From positions 2,165 through 66,164 of the forward strand of contig JBFWJK010000001.1 of the NCBI GenBank assembly GCA_050253255.1: a stretch of DNA of 64,000 nucleotides. Reading direction: 5' to 3'. Below are positions 10,717 to 20,846 of the stretch, in pieces. Made by a program: the position numbers and the translations under genes. Source of the stretch: Desulfobacteraceae bacterium. GTDB taxonomy: Bacteria; Desulfobacterota; Desulfobacteria; Desulfobacterales; JACKCP01. The notes under the pieces are model-generated. The model was not told the origin of the DNA and ran no database searches. It saw only the letters and a program-made list of their open reading frames with translations. Within the stretch, counting starts at the first letter, position 1. Every line of letters begins with the position of its first letter.

Positions 10717-11349
10717 TTAGTAGTAAAGATTTCTTTTTTTCTTTCTTGTACTCATTCCGATTATAAAACCAAGAAGAAGTACACCGGCTCCTGCAAGAAA
10801 TATTTTTATGTTTCTTTCCATCAGTTTTGACTTAAGTTCCGAGGCTGCATTATTTTTTTCTTCGAGAAGCTTTGACTTTTCCTCATATTCATTTTTGAGT
10901 TCAAGATAGTTTGCAGACTCTTCCTTGAGGCTTGTATATTTGACGTTAAGATCTTCAAATTCTTTTCTGACAGAATTGAGCTCTCTTTTTAATTCGGAAT
11001 TTTCCTCTCTCAGGCTATTGAGCTCCTCTTTGTTCTTTTCATTTTCCCTGGAAAGAGTTTCAAATTTAGATGTAAGTGAGGAAAGCTTCTGAAAATTTGG
11101 CTGCTCATCTTTTAAAAACCTTGTAAGAACATAGCCTTCCACTCCGTTTCTTCTTTTAACCTTTGTCCACTGATCTCCGTATTCAAGGACCTCAAGTCTT
11201 TCTCCTGAAGGTATCATTCCGACAATTTTATGTTCTGTTCCCATCCCTGTCCGCAATGTTATTTCAAAATTATCTGTAACATAAAGAGATGCTGCAATAA
11301 CTTCCGACGTCAACGAAAAAAATATTAAAAACAAAATAATTTTTTTCAT
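10717..11349 (-). CDS. SH3-domain protein with coiled coil and C-terminal membrane anchor (TIGR04211-like)
   Basis: 210 aa. Signal peptide, bacterial SH3 block (GERLEVLEYGDQWTKVKRRNGVEGYV), a long E/K/L-rich coiled coil and a terminal TM helix. Confidence 0.75.
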   Translation of the reverse strand: MKKIILFLIFFSLTSEVIAASLYVTDNFEITLRTGMGTEHKIVGMIPSGERLEVLEYGDQWTKVKRRNGVEGYVLTRFLKDEQPNFQKLSSLTSKFETLSRENEKNKEELNSLREENSELKRELNSVRKEFEDLNVKYTSLKEESANYLELKNEYEEKSKLLEEKNNAASELKSKLMERNIKIFLAGAGVLLLGFIIGMSTRKKKRNLYY

Positions 11350-11488
11350 GTTCTTTTCCTTTTTATTTTAAATTATTTTTCTTTTAAGTTTTTATTAAAA
11401 ATATAGAATTTCTTGAAAAAATTTTAATTGTCAATATGATATTATCGCTTTAAAACCAGAAATCAAAAAATTTATCAAGGTAATACAG

Positions 11489-11923
11489 ATGATAACTTAT
11501 GATTTGATTTGTGAAAACGGACATTCTTTTGAAGGCTGGTTTGAAACAGGCAGTGATTTCGACTCACAGCTTGAAGCAGGTCTTCTTATATGTCCATTAT
11601 GCGGTAACATATGTATTTCCAAACAGTTAACACCTGTAGGATATTTAAAAAAAACAAGTTCTTCTCTTTCTCAAAAAAAATCTGAGGCAGATGAAAACCT
11701 TAAATTAATAGAAGAATCTTTGCAAAAAATTTCTTCATATGTGGAAAAAAACTTTGAAAATGTAGGGCATGACTTTGCAAAAACTGCTTTAAAAATTCAT
11801 TACGGCGTCGAAGAACCTAAAAACATAAGAGGAAGTGCAACAGAAGAAGAGAAAAAAATACTTGAAAAAGAAGGTGTTCAGTTTTTAGATATACCCTTAA
11901 TTAAAAAGAATGATGTTATATGA
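11489..11923 (+). CDS. DUF1178-family zinc-ribbon protein
   Basis: 144 aa. N-terminus MITYDLICENGHSFEGWF...CPLCG matches my recollection of DUF1178. Confidence 0.65.
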   Translation: MITYDLICENGHSFEGWFETGSDFDSQLEAGLLICPLCGNICISKQLTPVGYLKKTSSSLSQKKSEADENLKLIEESLQKISSYVEKNFENVGHDFAKTALKIHYGVEEPKNIRGSATEEEKKILEKEGVQFLDIPLIKKNDVI

Positions 11924-12894
11924 CCAAAAAAAAAACAGCCAATAAAAGCGGCGGAAATTTAAAAAAATTTTTTATTTCCATTTTTGTACTGACTTTTTTT
12001 TGCATATTTTCTTTTATAAGTTTGTATCTTTTCTTTCCTCCTGAAAAAAAAGATCTTAAAGATAATTATTCAGCAAAAAAAACTTCAAAGAAAATCAGCG
12101 TAAAAAAACCTTTAAAAAACAGTATTGATAAAAAAGTTCTTAAAACAGACAATGGTTTTTTGTATGAAATTTATGACAAGGCTGAGGAAAAATCGATTCC
12201 TGACCAGAAAACAGATTATCAGGGTCTTCCCAGAATCTGCATAATTATTGATGATATCGGCTTTGACAAAAAAAATGCATACGAACTGTCAAATATGGGA
12301 ATAAACATTACGCTTTCAGTTCTTCCATTTACTCCGTTTGCAAAGGAAATCATAAAAAAAGCATCCAATTCAGATACTGAATTCATGGTTCATATTCCAA
12401 TGGAACCTGTAGAATATCCTGAAATTGACCCTGGGCCTGGAGCTCTTTTATCTACAATGAACCCTGATGAAATTATCAAAAATCTTAAAAGAGATCTCGA
12501 TTATCTGCCTTTTATAAAAGGAGTCAATAATCATATGGGTTCAAAACTTACTGCAAATTCCGATATAATGAATCAGGTCTTTACAATAATAAAAAAAAGA
12601 GATCTGTTTTTTGTTGACTCTCTTACAAACCCTGAAAGCAAATGCATGGGTGCAGCAAGAATGTTTAAAGTCGATTTTGCCAAGAGAGATGTCTTTCTCG
12701 ATAACATTCAAAATGTTGAATATATTGAAGGACAGATTCAAAAACTCAAGAAAATTGCTGTTCACAGAGGCTATGCAGTTGGAATAGGACATCCATACAA
12801 TTCAACAATAAAAGCTCTTAAAAAAAATATTTCCGAAATGAAAAAAGAGTTTGTATTTGTAAAAGCCTCATCTGTTGTGAAACAGATCCAATAG
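11920..12894 (+). CDS. Divergent polysaccharide deacetylase family protein (YibQ-like)
   Basis: 324 aa. N-terminal TM helix, then RICIIIDDIGFD...LSVLPFTPF...HIPMEP...NNHMGS motifs. The start overlaps the upstream stop (ATGA). Confidence 0.8.
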   Translation: MTKKKTANKSGGNLKKFFISIFVLTFFCIFSFISLYLFFPPEKKDLKDNYSAKKTSKKISVKKPLKNSIDKKVLKTDNGFLYEIYDKAEEKSIPDQKTDYQGLPRICIIIDDIGFDKKNAYELSNMGINITLSVLPFTPFAKEIIKKASNSDTEFMVHIPMEPVEYPEIDPGPGALLSTMNPDEIIKNLKRDLDYLPFIKGVNNHMGSKLTANSDIMNQVFTIIKKRDLFFVDSLTNPESKCMGAARMFKVDFAKRDVFLDNIQNVEYIEGQIQKLKKIAVHRGYAVGIGHPYNSTIKALKKNISEMKKEFVFVKASSVVKQIQ

Positions 12895-13004
12895 TGTTAT
12901 ATAGTTATCTGGCCGAAAATCTGACCACTTTTTTCTGGTCAGAAACGTCGTATAAGAATTTTTTAAACTTATATATTTAACTGATTTATTAAAGCAGATA
13001 AAAA

Positions 13005-14354
13005 ATGAAAAGACTTAAAATTAAAGAAATAAATTCAAACGACAATCCTCCTGAAAAAGCCCTTATCGGGGGCTGGGTAAGGACAAGAAGGGATTCAAAG
13101 ACTTTTTCATTCATCGAACTCAATGACGGATCCTGCCTTTCAAATATTCAGATAATTGCAGATTCATCCCTTGATGACTATGAAAACATAACAAAACTCA
13201 CAACCGGATCATGTATTTCGGTTTTTGGTAAAATAGTCGAATCACCCGGAAAAGGTCAGAAATGGGAAATTCAGGCAGAAAACATTGAAATTCACAACAA
13301 TGCCCCGGAAGATTTCCCTCTGCAGAAAAAGAGACATTCAGACGAATTCCTTAGAACAATAGCCCATTTAAGACCAAGAACCAATAAATTCGGTTCCGTT
13401 TTCAGAATCAGAGCCGAGCTTTCCCATGCAGTACACTCCTACTTTTACGAAAAGGGTTTTAAATATATCCATACTCCTGTTCTGACAGCTTCCGACTGTG
13501 AAGGTGCGGGTGAAATGTTTTCGGTTTCATCTGATGCCGTAAAAAACGGTTTTTTCTTCTCAAAACCAGCAAACCTGACAGTTTCTGGTCAGCTCGAAGC
13601 TGAAATGATGGCTCTTTCACTTGGAGATGTCTATACCTTCGGACCGACTTTTCGTGCAGAAAACTCAAATACATCAAGACATGCAGCGGAATTCTGGATG
13701 ATTGAACCGGAAATGGCTTTTTGCGATCTTGATCAGAACATGGACGTTGCAGAAGATTTTATAAAAAATATCATTACCAGAACAAGGAAGAATTGCAGTG
13801 AAGATCTTGAATTATTTAACAGATTTGTGGATAAAACTCTATTTGAAACTCTTGAAAACATACTGGAAAACGGATTTGTAAGGATCACTTACAAAGAGGC
13901 TGTGGAAATTTTAAAAAAATCAGGTAAAAAATTCGAGTATGACCCTGTTTACGGTGCCGACCTTCAGACAGAGCATGAAAGATTCATAACTGAGACAGAA
14001 TTTAAAAAACCTGTTTTTGTATACAATTACCCAAAAACAATAAAGCCTTTTTACATGAGGCTAAACAGCGATAATGAAACAGTTGCGGCTATGGATCTCC
14101 TTGTGCCTAAAATCGGAGAGCTTATTGGAGGAAGCCAGAGAGAAGAAAGGTATGATGTTCTCCTTAAAAGAATGGAAGAATGTTCTATAAACAGGGAGGA
14201 ATACTGGTGGTACCTTGATTCCAGAAAATACGGAAGTGTTTACCACAGCGGTTTCGGAATGGGGTTTGACAGAATAATGATGCTTGTTACAGGAGTTTCA
14301 AATATCAGAGACGTCATACCTTTTCCAAGGACACCCGGATCAATAGAATTTTAG
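13005..14354 (+). CDS. asnS: Asparagine--tRNA ligase
   Basis: 449 aa. Class IIb OB-fold N-terminus and FRAENSNTSRHAAEFWMIEPEMAF, GGSQRE and GFGMGFDR motifs. Confidence 0.95.
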   Translation: MKRLKIKEINSNDNPPEKALIGGWVRTRRDSKTFSFIELNDGSCLSNIQIIADSSLDDYENITKLTTGSCISVFGKIVESPGKGQKWEIQAENIEIHNNAPEDFPLQKKRHSDEFLRTIAHLRPRTNKFGSVFRIRAELSHAVHSYFYEKGFKYIHTPVLTASDCEGAGEMFSVSSDAVKNGFFFSKPANLTVSGQLEAEMMALSLGDVYTFGPTFRAENSNTSRHAAEFWMIEPEMAFCDLDQNMDVAEDFIKNIITRTRKNCSEDLELFNRFVDKTLFETLENILENGFVRITYKEAVEILKKSGKKFEYDPVYGADLQTEHERFITETEFKKPVFVYNYPKTIKPFYMRLNSDNETVAAMDLLVPKIGELIGGSQREERYDVLLKRMEECSINREEYWWYLDSRKYGSVYHSGFGMGFDRIMMLVTGVSNIRDVIPFPRTPGSIEF

Positions 14355-14482
14355 TCAGCTGCTGGATAATGAAACCGAGTTTTTGCCAATAAATGATTAA
14401 GTAATTTTTTATTTTTAGATATAATTTTTTTGTGATATAAAAAACAAAATGCCGTTTAGAATAACTCAGGAGGTCACCTAAA

Positions 14483-14857
14483 ATGGATGTTTCCAAAAAG
14501 GTTCTTATTGTAGATGATTTTTCAACAATGCGTAGGATATTGAAAAACATATTAAAACAGATCGGATTTACCAATATTTCCGAAGCAGACGACGGAAGTA
14601 CAGCATGGGAAGAGTTACAGAAAAACTCCTTTGATCTTATTATCTGTGACTGGAATATGCCCAAAATGAGCGGCATTGAGCTTCTTAAAAAAGTAAGAGC
14701 AGATGACACATATAAAGATATTCCTTTTCTTATGGTTACTGCTGAAGCACAGAAGCAGAATGTTATTGAAGCAGTTCAGGCAGGTGTTTCAAACTATGTT
14801 GTAAAACCTTTTACAGCTGAATCTATTTCAGAAAAACTTGAAAAAATTATCTCCTGA
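14483..14857 (+). CDS. cheY: Single-domain response regulator, CheY-like
   Basis: 124 aa. VLIVDDFSTMRR...DLIICDWNMPKMSG...MVTAEA...YVVKPF is the CheY pattern. Confidence 0.85.
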   Translation: MDVSKKVLIVDDFSTMRRILKNILKQIGFTNISEADDGSTAWEELQKNSFDLIICDWNMPKMSGIELLKKVRADDTYKDIPFLMVTAEAQKQNVIEAVQAGVSNYVVKPFTAESISEKLEKIIS

Positions 14858-14904
14858 TTAAATAGCTCAGAAATAATTAAACTTCTTAACTATCTGAAAT
14901 TATC

Positions 14905-14931
14905 AGGCCTTTATCTCAAAGGCCTTTTTTA
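14905..14931 (+). terminator. Rho-independent terminator after cheY
   Basis: AGGCCTT (14905-14911) pairs with AAGGCCT (14919-14925), followed by T6. Confidence 0.7.
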
Positions 14932-14999
14932 TTTATTAAAATTCAGCCTCCTGACATTTTTCAGTGTTTACTAAAAAAAAGATATCTGCTTTCCAAAGA

Positions 15000-15290
15000 T
15001 TATTCTTTGGTAAACTTAATACTTATTTTATAATTTCCGGTTTCAATGTCATCAGGAATCATATCTCCGTTTTCAATCAAAAGAGTAACCACCTTTGAAT
15101 TTGAAGGATCTCTGAACATTCTTTTTGTTCTTCTGTCTCTCAATCCTGTGTCAAGAACAACAGCATTTTTTCTGGAGTTTCTAAGGCCGATAACTTTTGC
15201 TTTGAGTTCTCCAGATTTAGGAGAACCTCTTCTTTTATCTCCATGCTCCATAAACCTCAAGTCAAGAGGTCTTCCAACCTTGATTTCCAT
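15000..15290 (-). CDS. Hypothetical basic 96-aa protein
   Basis: ORF only, Arg/Lys-rich, no family recognised. It sits downstream of the YrbL-like gene on the same strand. Confidence 0.4.
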   Translation of the reverse strand: MEIKVGRPLDLRFMEHGDKRRGSPKSGELKAKVIGLRNSRKNAVVLDTGLRDRRTKRMFRDPSNSKVVTLLIENGDMIPDDIETGNYKISIKFTKE

Positions 15291-15411
15291 TTTTATCCCC
15301 TTAAATATACTATATTATATAACTTTATGATTTCATTATCAATTAACATTATAATCGAATTTTTATTTTTAAGACTTAAATATAAAGTGAAAAATTGGAA
15401 GAAATTTTTTT

Positions 15412-15453
15412 GCTGAATTATGATTTATTTCAAAAATAAATCATAAATTCAGC
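15412..15453. repeat. 19-bp-arm inverted repeat (hairpin)
   Basis: GCTGAATTATGATTTATTT (15412-15430), loop CAAA, AATAAATCATAAATTCAGC (15435-15453). One bulged base. It lies between two minus-strand genes. Confidence 0.5.
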
Positions 15454-15562
15454 TTTTAGTATGTTCGGGGATATGCCGGGATGTTTTATTAAAAAAAAAT
15501 CAGATCCGCTATATTTAAAATTATCAAACCCGCAGGATTGAGATTAAAAAAATTTTTCTTTA

Positions 15563-16096
15563 TCATGGTTTTGAATTCTTCAATTTTCTTCTGATTTTCT
15601 TTTTTGCAAAAAACGAGCTGTAAAGTCCCACAGGTATTAATTCACTCGGGCCGATATCATCGATAAGTACAATTTCACCTGATTTTTCATTCAGTTTTTT
15701 GTATAAAAGATTTCTTTCCTTTAGCTTTCTTGTTATCAGAAGATCCTTTTCCATATTTCTTTCAAATTTTTGAAATGCTTTAATTAAACAGGGATGAATT
15801 TTTTTATTATTTACATAAAAATCAACAGATTTTGAAATACTGCCGTCAAAATCACGGACAAGGTCAAAAACATAGCCCTTTCCATAGTTTGTTTCTACTG
15901 ATCCATGATAATTTGAAATTATTGGTGAATCAATCCCTTTTTTTTGAAGATATCTGTAATATTTTATTTCCTTTTCAACAATTTTTTCTGCATATCTGCG
16001 GGAAATCTTGATGCACAATAACTCATTTGAAGGATGTACATAGCATTTCTTATAAGCTCCTTTACCAATAAAACTGTCTGAATTAAGATAAATCAT
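15563..16096 (-). CDS. YrbL-family (PhoP regulatory network) kinase-fold protein
   Basis: 177 aa. GKGAYKKCYVHP...CIKI...EIKYYRYL...YHGSVETNYGKGYVFDLVRDFDG aligns closely with my recollection of E. coli YrbL (GTGRHRKCYAHP...YHGTVETDCGTGYVYDVIADFDG). Confidence 0.8.
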   Translation of the reverse strand: MIYLNSDSFIGKGAYKKCYVHPSNELLCIKISRRYAEKIVEKEIKYYRYLQKKGIDSPIISNYHGSVETNYGKGYVFDLVRDFDGSISKSVDFYVNNKKIHPCLIKAFQKFERNMEKDLLITRKLKERNLLYKKLNEKSGEIVLIDDIGPSELIPVGLYSSFFAKKKIRRKLKNSKP

Positions 16097-16145
16097 TTAA
16101 TTTCTTTCAAAAAACTGAAACCTGACAAATTAATTTATAAAAAAG

Positions 16146-16961
16146 TTACTGATCTGCAAACTCGTCCTGCTGACCGATTTTAATAATTTCCTCTGTTTCA
16201 AACTTGAGGTAAGATTTAAGCTCATCTAAAGAGTAATTTGTCAGTCTTTTTGTACCTGACAAGGTTTTTTTATCAAGCATACCAAGCCTCTGAGAAACTG
16301 CAAGAGCAGAAATCTCAAGTTTTTCTGCAGGAACCACCAAATCCGCAATTTTATTTTCTAATGCTTCTTTTGCATCAATCACAGACTTTAAAAGTAAAAG
16401 CTCTTTAGTTTTACTCCAACCTATTGCTTTACTGAGAAAAAAAGGCGCCCCTCCCTTGGAAAGCATTCCTATTTCCTGATAAATATTATAAAAAACAGTA
16501 TCAGAAGAAATTATTCTGTAATCACATGCAAGGGAGATATTCATGAATACTGACAAGACATCTCCGCTGCAGACATGAATAACTAATGCATCCATGTTAA
16601 CTATGTCAAGTATTGTCTGGTCAATAATATTGCAGAAACGGTGAAGTTCGTACCTGTCCATTGTATTTGTAAATCCAAAATGTCCAAGACCCATTTTTGG
16701 ACATTCCATTAAAAAAAAACGGAGATATTCATCACTTCCTGATTCGCTGTATGAAGACTCAATAACAACTGTTTTAATTTCTTTATCTTTTGAAATTTCA
16801 GTAAAATAATCATGAAGAAAATCTCTGTTGTCAAAACTTATGAAGTTATGAAAAAAATTTCCTGAAAATTTAATCCAGAGACAGTTTTCTTTTAACTCAG
16901 AAACCATGAAATCAGGATAATTTACTCTGTAGCTGTTACTTTTCATCTTCCGCCACCCCAC
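16146..16961 (-). CDS. Divergent enoyl-CoA hydratase/isomerase (crotonase) superfamily protein
   Basis: 271 aa with crotonase-like length and C-terminal half (ACDYRIISSDTVF...G...LLLLKSVIDAKEALENKIADLVVP). The N-terminal half is atypical. Alternative ATG start at 16946. Confidence 0.6.
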   Translation of the reverse strand: MGWRKMKSNSYRVNYPDFMVSELKENCLWIKFSGNFFHNFISFDNRDFLHDYFTEISKDKEIKTVVIESSYSESGSDEYLRFFLMECPKMGLGHFGFTNTMDRYELHRFCNIIDQTILDIVNMDALVIHVCSGDVLSVFMNISLACDYRIISSDTVFYNIYQEIGMLSKGGAPFFLSKAIGWSKTKELLLLKSVIDAKEALENKIADLVVPAEKLEISALAVSQRLGMLDKKTLSGTKRLTNYSLDELKSYLKFETEEIIKIGQQDEFADQ

Positions 16962-17612
16962 TTATAATTTCTTTTTAAAAAAATTTTTTAATAAAATGAT
17001 TTTGTACCTGCAGAGAACTTAAAGTTCTTCAACCGAATCAGGATAACCTTAAATATTAAAATAAATGCTTTCTGTATGGTTAAGTATTTCTGTGGATCTA
17101 TAACTTGGAAATTACAGATTATTCCTGTTATAATCCAGTTTTTAGATTCCGCCGCTTAAATATCCGGACTTATCTTTTTTTATAAAATATTAGCCGGACG
17201 GCCTTAATTAAAACTTCGGCAGTATAATTGCTGGAAAAATAATTATAAGAATACCTGAAATTCTCTGTCTTCCGGCAGCTGAAAGTGCAGTTTTCTGCTA
17301 ACAGAACTTATGATCCATCTTTAACCATACATTGCTGTGTTTTTTTATTTTTTACACTCTCTTAAACACAGATAAGATTATAATATATTGAAATAATTTA
17401 TAGTACATAAATAGACAGGGTATTATAAAATTATTTTTTAAGTTTTTTTTATGATTTCTTTTAAAATAAATAATAAATGAAGTTAACCGGCTCATGAAAC
17501 TGGTTAACAATAATTTCCAATATAATTGACATAAAAAACCATGTTTAATATTATATAAACTGTTTTTTTAAATATCTTCAGCATTAATTCCCACAAATTA
17601 TAAAGGAAAAAC

Positions 17613-18020
17613 ATGGATATTTTTGAAGATAAAAAATTTTCAGAACTTACTCTCAGAATAATCAAAGTTCTCGAGAATATGAGTGAAGACCAAAAAAAAG
17701 AATTTCTTTTTTTTATAGGTGATCAGAGAAGATTCCTCAGAAAACCATATATGATCGAAGTCAGCTACAATACCAAAAACAATGAATACAAAGATTTTGT
17801 TCTTGATATAAGCCCCGGCGGAGTATTTATAGAAACAGAAAATAATTTTTTCACTGGCCAGGAACTTTTTTTAAAGCTCAGCTTCAATAATATTGATAAT
17901 CCTTTTGAAATAAAAGGATGTGTGGTCTGGCACAGTTCAAACGGTATTGGCGTAAGGTTTATATTTGAAACAAATGAACAGCAGCAGAAACTGAATAGTA
18001 TTATAGAAGAGATAGATTGA
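17613..18020 (+). CDS. PilZ-domain protein
   Basis: 135 aa. QRRFLRKPY...DISPGGVFIET is the RxxxR...D/NxSxxG c-di-GMP-binding PilZ pattern. Confidence 0.75.
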   Translation: MDIFEDKKFSELTLRIIKVLENMSEDQKKEFLFFIGDQRRFLRKPYMIEVSYNTKNNEYKDFVLDISPGGVFIETENNFFTGQELFLKLSFNNIDNPFEIKGCVVWHSSNGIGVRFIFETNEQQQKLNSIIEEID

Positions 18021-18117
18021 AATTATAAATTCAGATATTTATCAGGTAAAACTGGAATTTGTTCAATTTTTGTGTTCAGGAAATTTTTTCCTTAAGACCC
18101 TAATTCAAGGAAATTTT

Positions 18118-19455
18118 ATGGAATCAGTCTTGATAGCCGCCCGAGAAAGTAAAGATCTTGAAAAAATAAGCAGTGTACTCAAAAGGTATTATAAACCTGT
18201 TGTAATAACATCTCCTGATATGATGGAAAAAAACCACGCTGATTTTGATATTATGCTTCTCGATCACAATTTTACAGAAAACTCTGCAATAGATTTTTTA
18301 ATGGATATAAACATACACAAAAGCGTCCCTGTTCTTTTCCTTACCCCGGATAATGACCCCCAGTGCGCAGTTGAAGCCTTGAGAGCGGGAGCTTTCAATT
18401 ATATTGTAAAGGCCGGCGGTTATATTTCTATTTTGAATATTGCTATCAAGGATGCACTGAATAAGTTCAACGAAAGAATAATGCTCAAGGAAAAAATAAA
18501 TGAATTACAGAAAAAAATTTATCTTCTGGAAGAAAAAACAGGAAAAAATGTAAGAGAAGAAAATAATTATCCTGATAACAGTGAACAGAATAATAATGAG
18601 ACTCCTGTAAAAAAAGAACTTTCTCTGGTTGAAGAAATTATATCGAGATTCAAAAAAGGGGAAATAAACCTTCCTTCCCTTCCTCACATAAATATCGAAT
18701 TTAAAAAACTTATTTCAAAAGGGGCAAGCATAAATGAACTTGCAGCTTTGTTAAAAAAGGATATTGCAATATCTTCAACCCTCATAAATATATCCAATTC
18801 TACCTTTTATAAGGGAATTGAAGAAAACAAAACAATTGAAAACGCTATATCAAGACTTGGACTGAGCACCACAAGACAATATGTCGAAGTTATATCAAAC
18901 AGAAGCCTTTATACTTCAAAAAATAAAAAATATTCAGCTCTCATGGAAAAATTATGGCTTCATTCTCTTTCCTGCGCTTATGCTTCAGAGCTTGTTGCAA
19001 ACATTTTAAACATTAAAACAGAAAATGATACTTTTACCCTGGGTCTTATTCACGACATAGGAAAACTTGTTCTTCTGCAGATTGTCGGAGAGCTTGAAAT
19101 AAAAGGAAAGTTTACGAAAAGCCTGAGCCCTGAGGGACTTGAAGAAACTCTTAAGAACTATCATGAAAGGTTTGGAGCAGTACTTCTAAAAAGATGGTCA
19201 TTTCCTGAAGAATATATAAGAGTTGCAATGTTTCATGACTCAATAGATGAACTAAAAGATCCTTCAACAGACTTTTTTATTGTTCATTTTGCAAATCTTC
19301 TTGTTAATTCCATAGGCTTTTCAATGCACGATCATGTTTACACAGATATTGAAAATTCAAAATCCTGTTACCATCTCAGGCTTAGAACCTCTGAAATTGA
19401 GGACATCAAAGTAAAAGTCATGGACTATATGGGTGTTTTCAAAAACGTTTTATAA
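18118..19455 (+). CDS. Receiver-like domain plus HDOD domain signalling protein
   Basis: N-terminal CheY-like fold (DIMLLDHNF..., FNYIVKA) lacks the usual acidic DD pair. A coiled linker follows, then a C-terminal HDOD pattern (LPSLPHI...GLIHDIGKLVLL). ATG at 18118 has an AAGGAAA RBS. Confidence 0.8.
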   Translation: MESVLIAARESKDLEKISSVLKRYYKPVVITSPDMMEKNHADFDIMLLDHNFTENSAIDFLMDINIHKSVPVLFLTPDNDPQCAVEALRAGAFNYIVKAGGYISILNIAIKDALNKFNERIMLKEKINELQKKIYLLEEKTGKNVREENNYPDNSEQNNNETPVKKELSLVEEIISRFKKGEINLPSLPHINIEFKKLISKGASINELAALLKKDIAISSTLINISNSTFYKGIEENKTIENAISRLGLSTTRQYVEVISNRSLYTSKNKKYSALMEKLWLHSLSCAYASELVANILNIKTENDTFTLGLIHDIGKLVLLQIVGELEIKGKFTKSLSPEGLEETLKNYHERFGAVLLKRWSFPEEYIRVAMFHDSIDELKDPSTDFFIVHFANLLVNSIGFSMHDHVYTDIENSKSCYHLRLRTSEIEDIKVKVMDYMGVFKNVL

Positions 19456-20739
19456 CTTATATTTCCCTTTAGGCGGGTTAAAATATCCGTGATGAAGATT
19501 TTTATAATTTTTTTTAAGGTGTTTTATTAAATTTATAATTCCAAAAGGTATTAAATCATCTGCATCATTTTCAAACATCTGCCTGAAATAAAGTTTTGGA
19601 TCATAATTTAAATTTCTCCACTGAATAAAATCAATTTTTAAATCTTCAATTATTTTAAAAAGCTCTTTCATTTCAGGTTCAGTATCGGTAAATCCGGGCA
19701 TATTAAGATAATTTACAGAAACAAATTTATTTTTTTTCTTTGCCCTTCTTATGGTTTCAAGCACATCCTCAAAATCATATCCAGGCCTGAAATATTTCAT
19801 GTAATACTTTTTCTGAAATGAGTTCATACTTACTCTTATACTGTCAAGCCCTGCATCAAAAAGCTTTTCCATAATATCTGGAAGGCTTCCGTTCGTATTC
19901 ATGTTAAGTGTGCCTTTATCAGTTTTTGATCTTATTATTTTTACTGCAGGCAGAATGACCTCCCAGGCAAGAAGCGGATCGCCTTCACATCCCTGGCCGA
20001 AACTCAAGACGCAGTTTTCTACATTTTCTATATGACTTAAAGCAATTTCAGCAATTTCTTCAGGAGAAGGAGTAAAATCTATTCTGTTCTGACAGCTTGA
20101 AATAAATTCATCCTTTTGAAGCGAAATACATCCGAGACAGTTTGCATTACAGACCCTTGAAGTAGGAAGAGGGGCTTCATATCTTTTAAGAAAAAAATTT
20201 TTAGCAGCAGGACATCCCCATTCAAGAGCACATTTTTTTAAGTGGTAAACAAGTCTGTTTTTGGGAAATATTTTAATTTTTTCGTTTAACCCTTCTTCAA
20301 CTTTTTCTACAGGCATCAAGGAAAGATTTTGTCTGTCTTCTTTATCTACCTGATAAACAGCACTTACAAAATCATCATCAAGACCTCCAACTGCACCATA
20401 AGAAAAAAGCGGAAGAGGTTTTGCATCTTCATTTTCATCATAAGCGCAATTCAGAGTAATAACATATCCAGGAGAATTGAATGCCGCCACAGGAAAAATT
20501 TTTTCATTTTCTTCATAAGGGTTAAACTCAACTATTTCATAGCTTTTCGTTCTGTTGTTGAATAAAACAGGAGCCCTGTCAGGCAGAAACATAAGTTCAC
20601 TGTAATCAGGAATTTTAATTGAATTTTTTTCATTTAAAACATAAAGATCATTTCCTGCCATTCCAACAGCAGAATATCCTTCAAGTTCGAAAATTTCTCC
20701 TTTTTCATTGGCCACAACAGCGCAAGCTTTATACTTCAT
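19450..20739 (-). CDS. Radical SAM protein with uncharacterised ~190-aa N-terminal domain
   Basis: 429 aa. CNANCLGC (CxxxCxxC) cluster motif, GQGCEGDP and NTNG motifs. Its 3' end overlaps the convergent HDOD gene by 6 nt. Confidence 0.8.
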   Translation of the reverse strand: MKYKACAVVANEKGEIFELEGYSAVGMAGNDLYVLNEKNSIKIPDYSELMFLPDRAPVLFNNRTKSYEIVEFNPYEENEKIFPVAAFNSPGYVITLNCAYDENEDAKPLPLFSYGAVGGLDDDFVSAVYQVDKEDRQNLSLMPVEKVEEGLNEKIKIFPKNRLVYHLKKCALEWGCPAAKNFFLKRYEAPLPTSRVCNANCLGCISLQKDEFISSCQNRIDFTPSPEEIAEIALSHIENVENCVLSFGQGCEGDPLLAWEVILPAVKIIRSKTDKGTLNMNTNGSLPDIMEKLFDAGLDSIRVSMNSFQKKYYMKYFRPGYDFEDVLETIRRAKKKNKFVSVNYLNMPGFTDTEPEMKELFKIIEDLKIDFIQWRNLNYDPKLYFRQMFENDADDLIPFGIINLIKHLKKNYKNLHHGYFNPPKGKYKL

Positions 20740-20846
20740 TTATATCATCCTTAAATCAAATAAATAAAAACTATTCTTGTGCTTTATTAGAATAGTTTTA
20801 TTACTGCAATTAATTTTTAACTTTACCGGATTTTTATCTTTTATTT

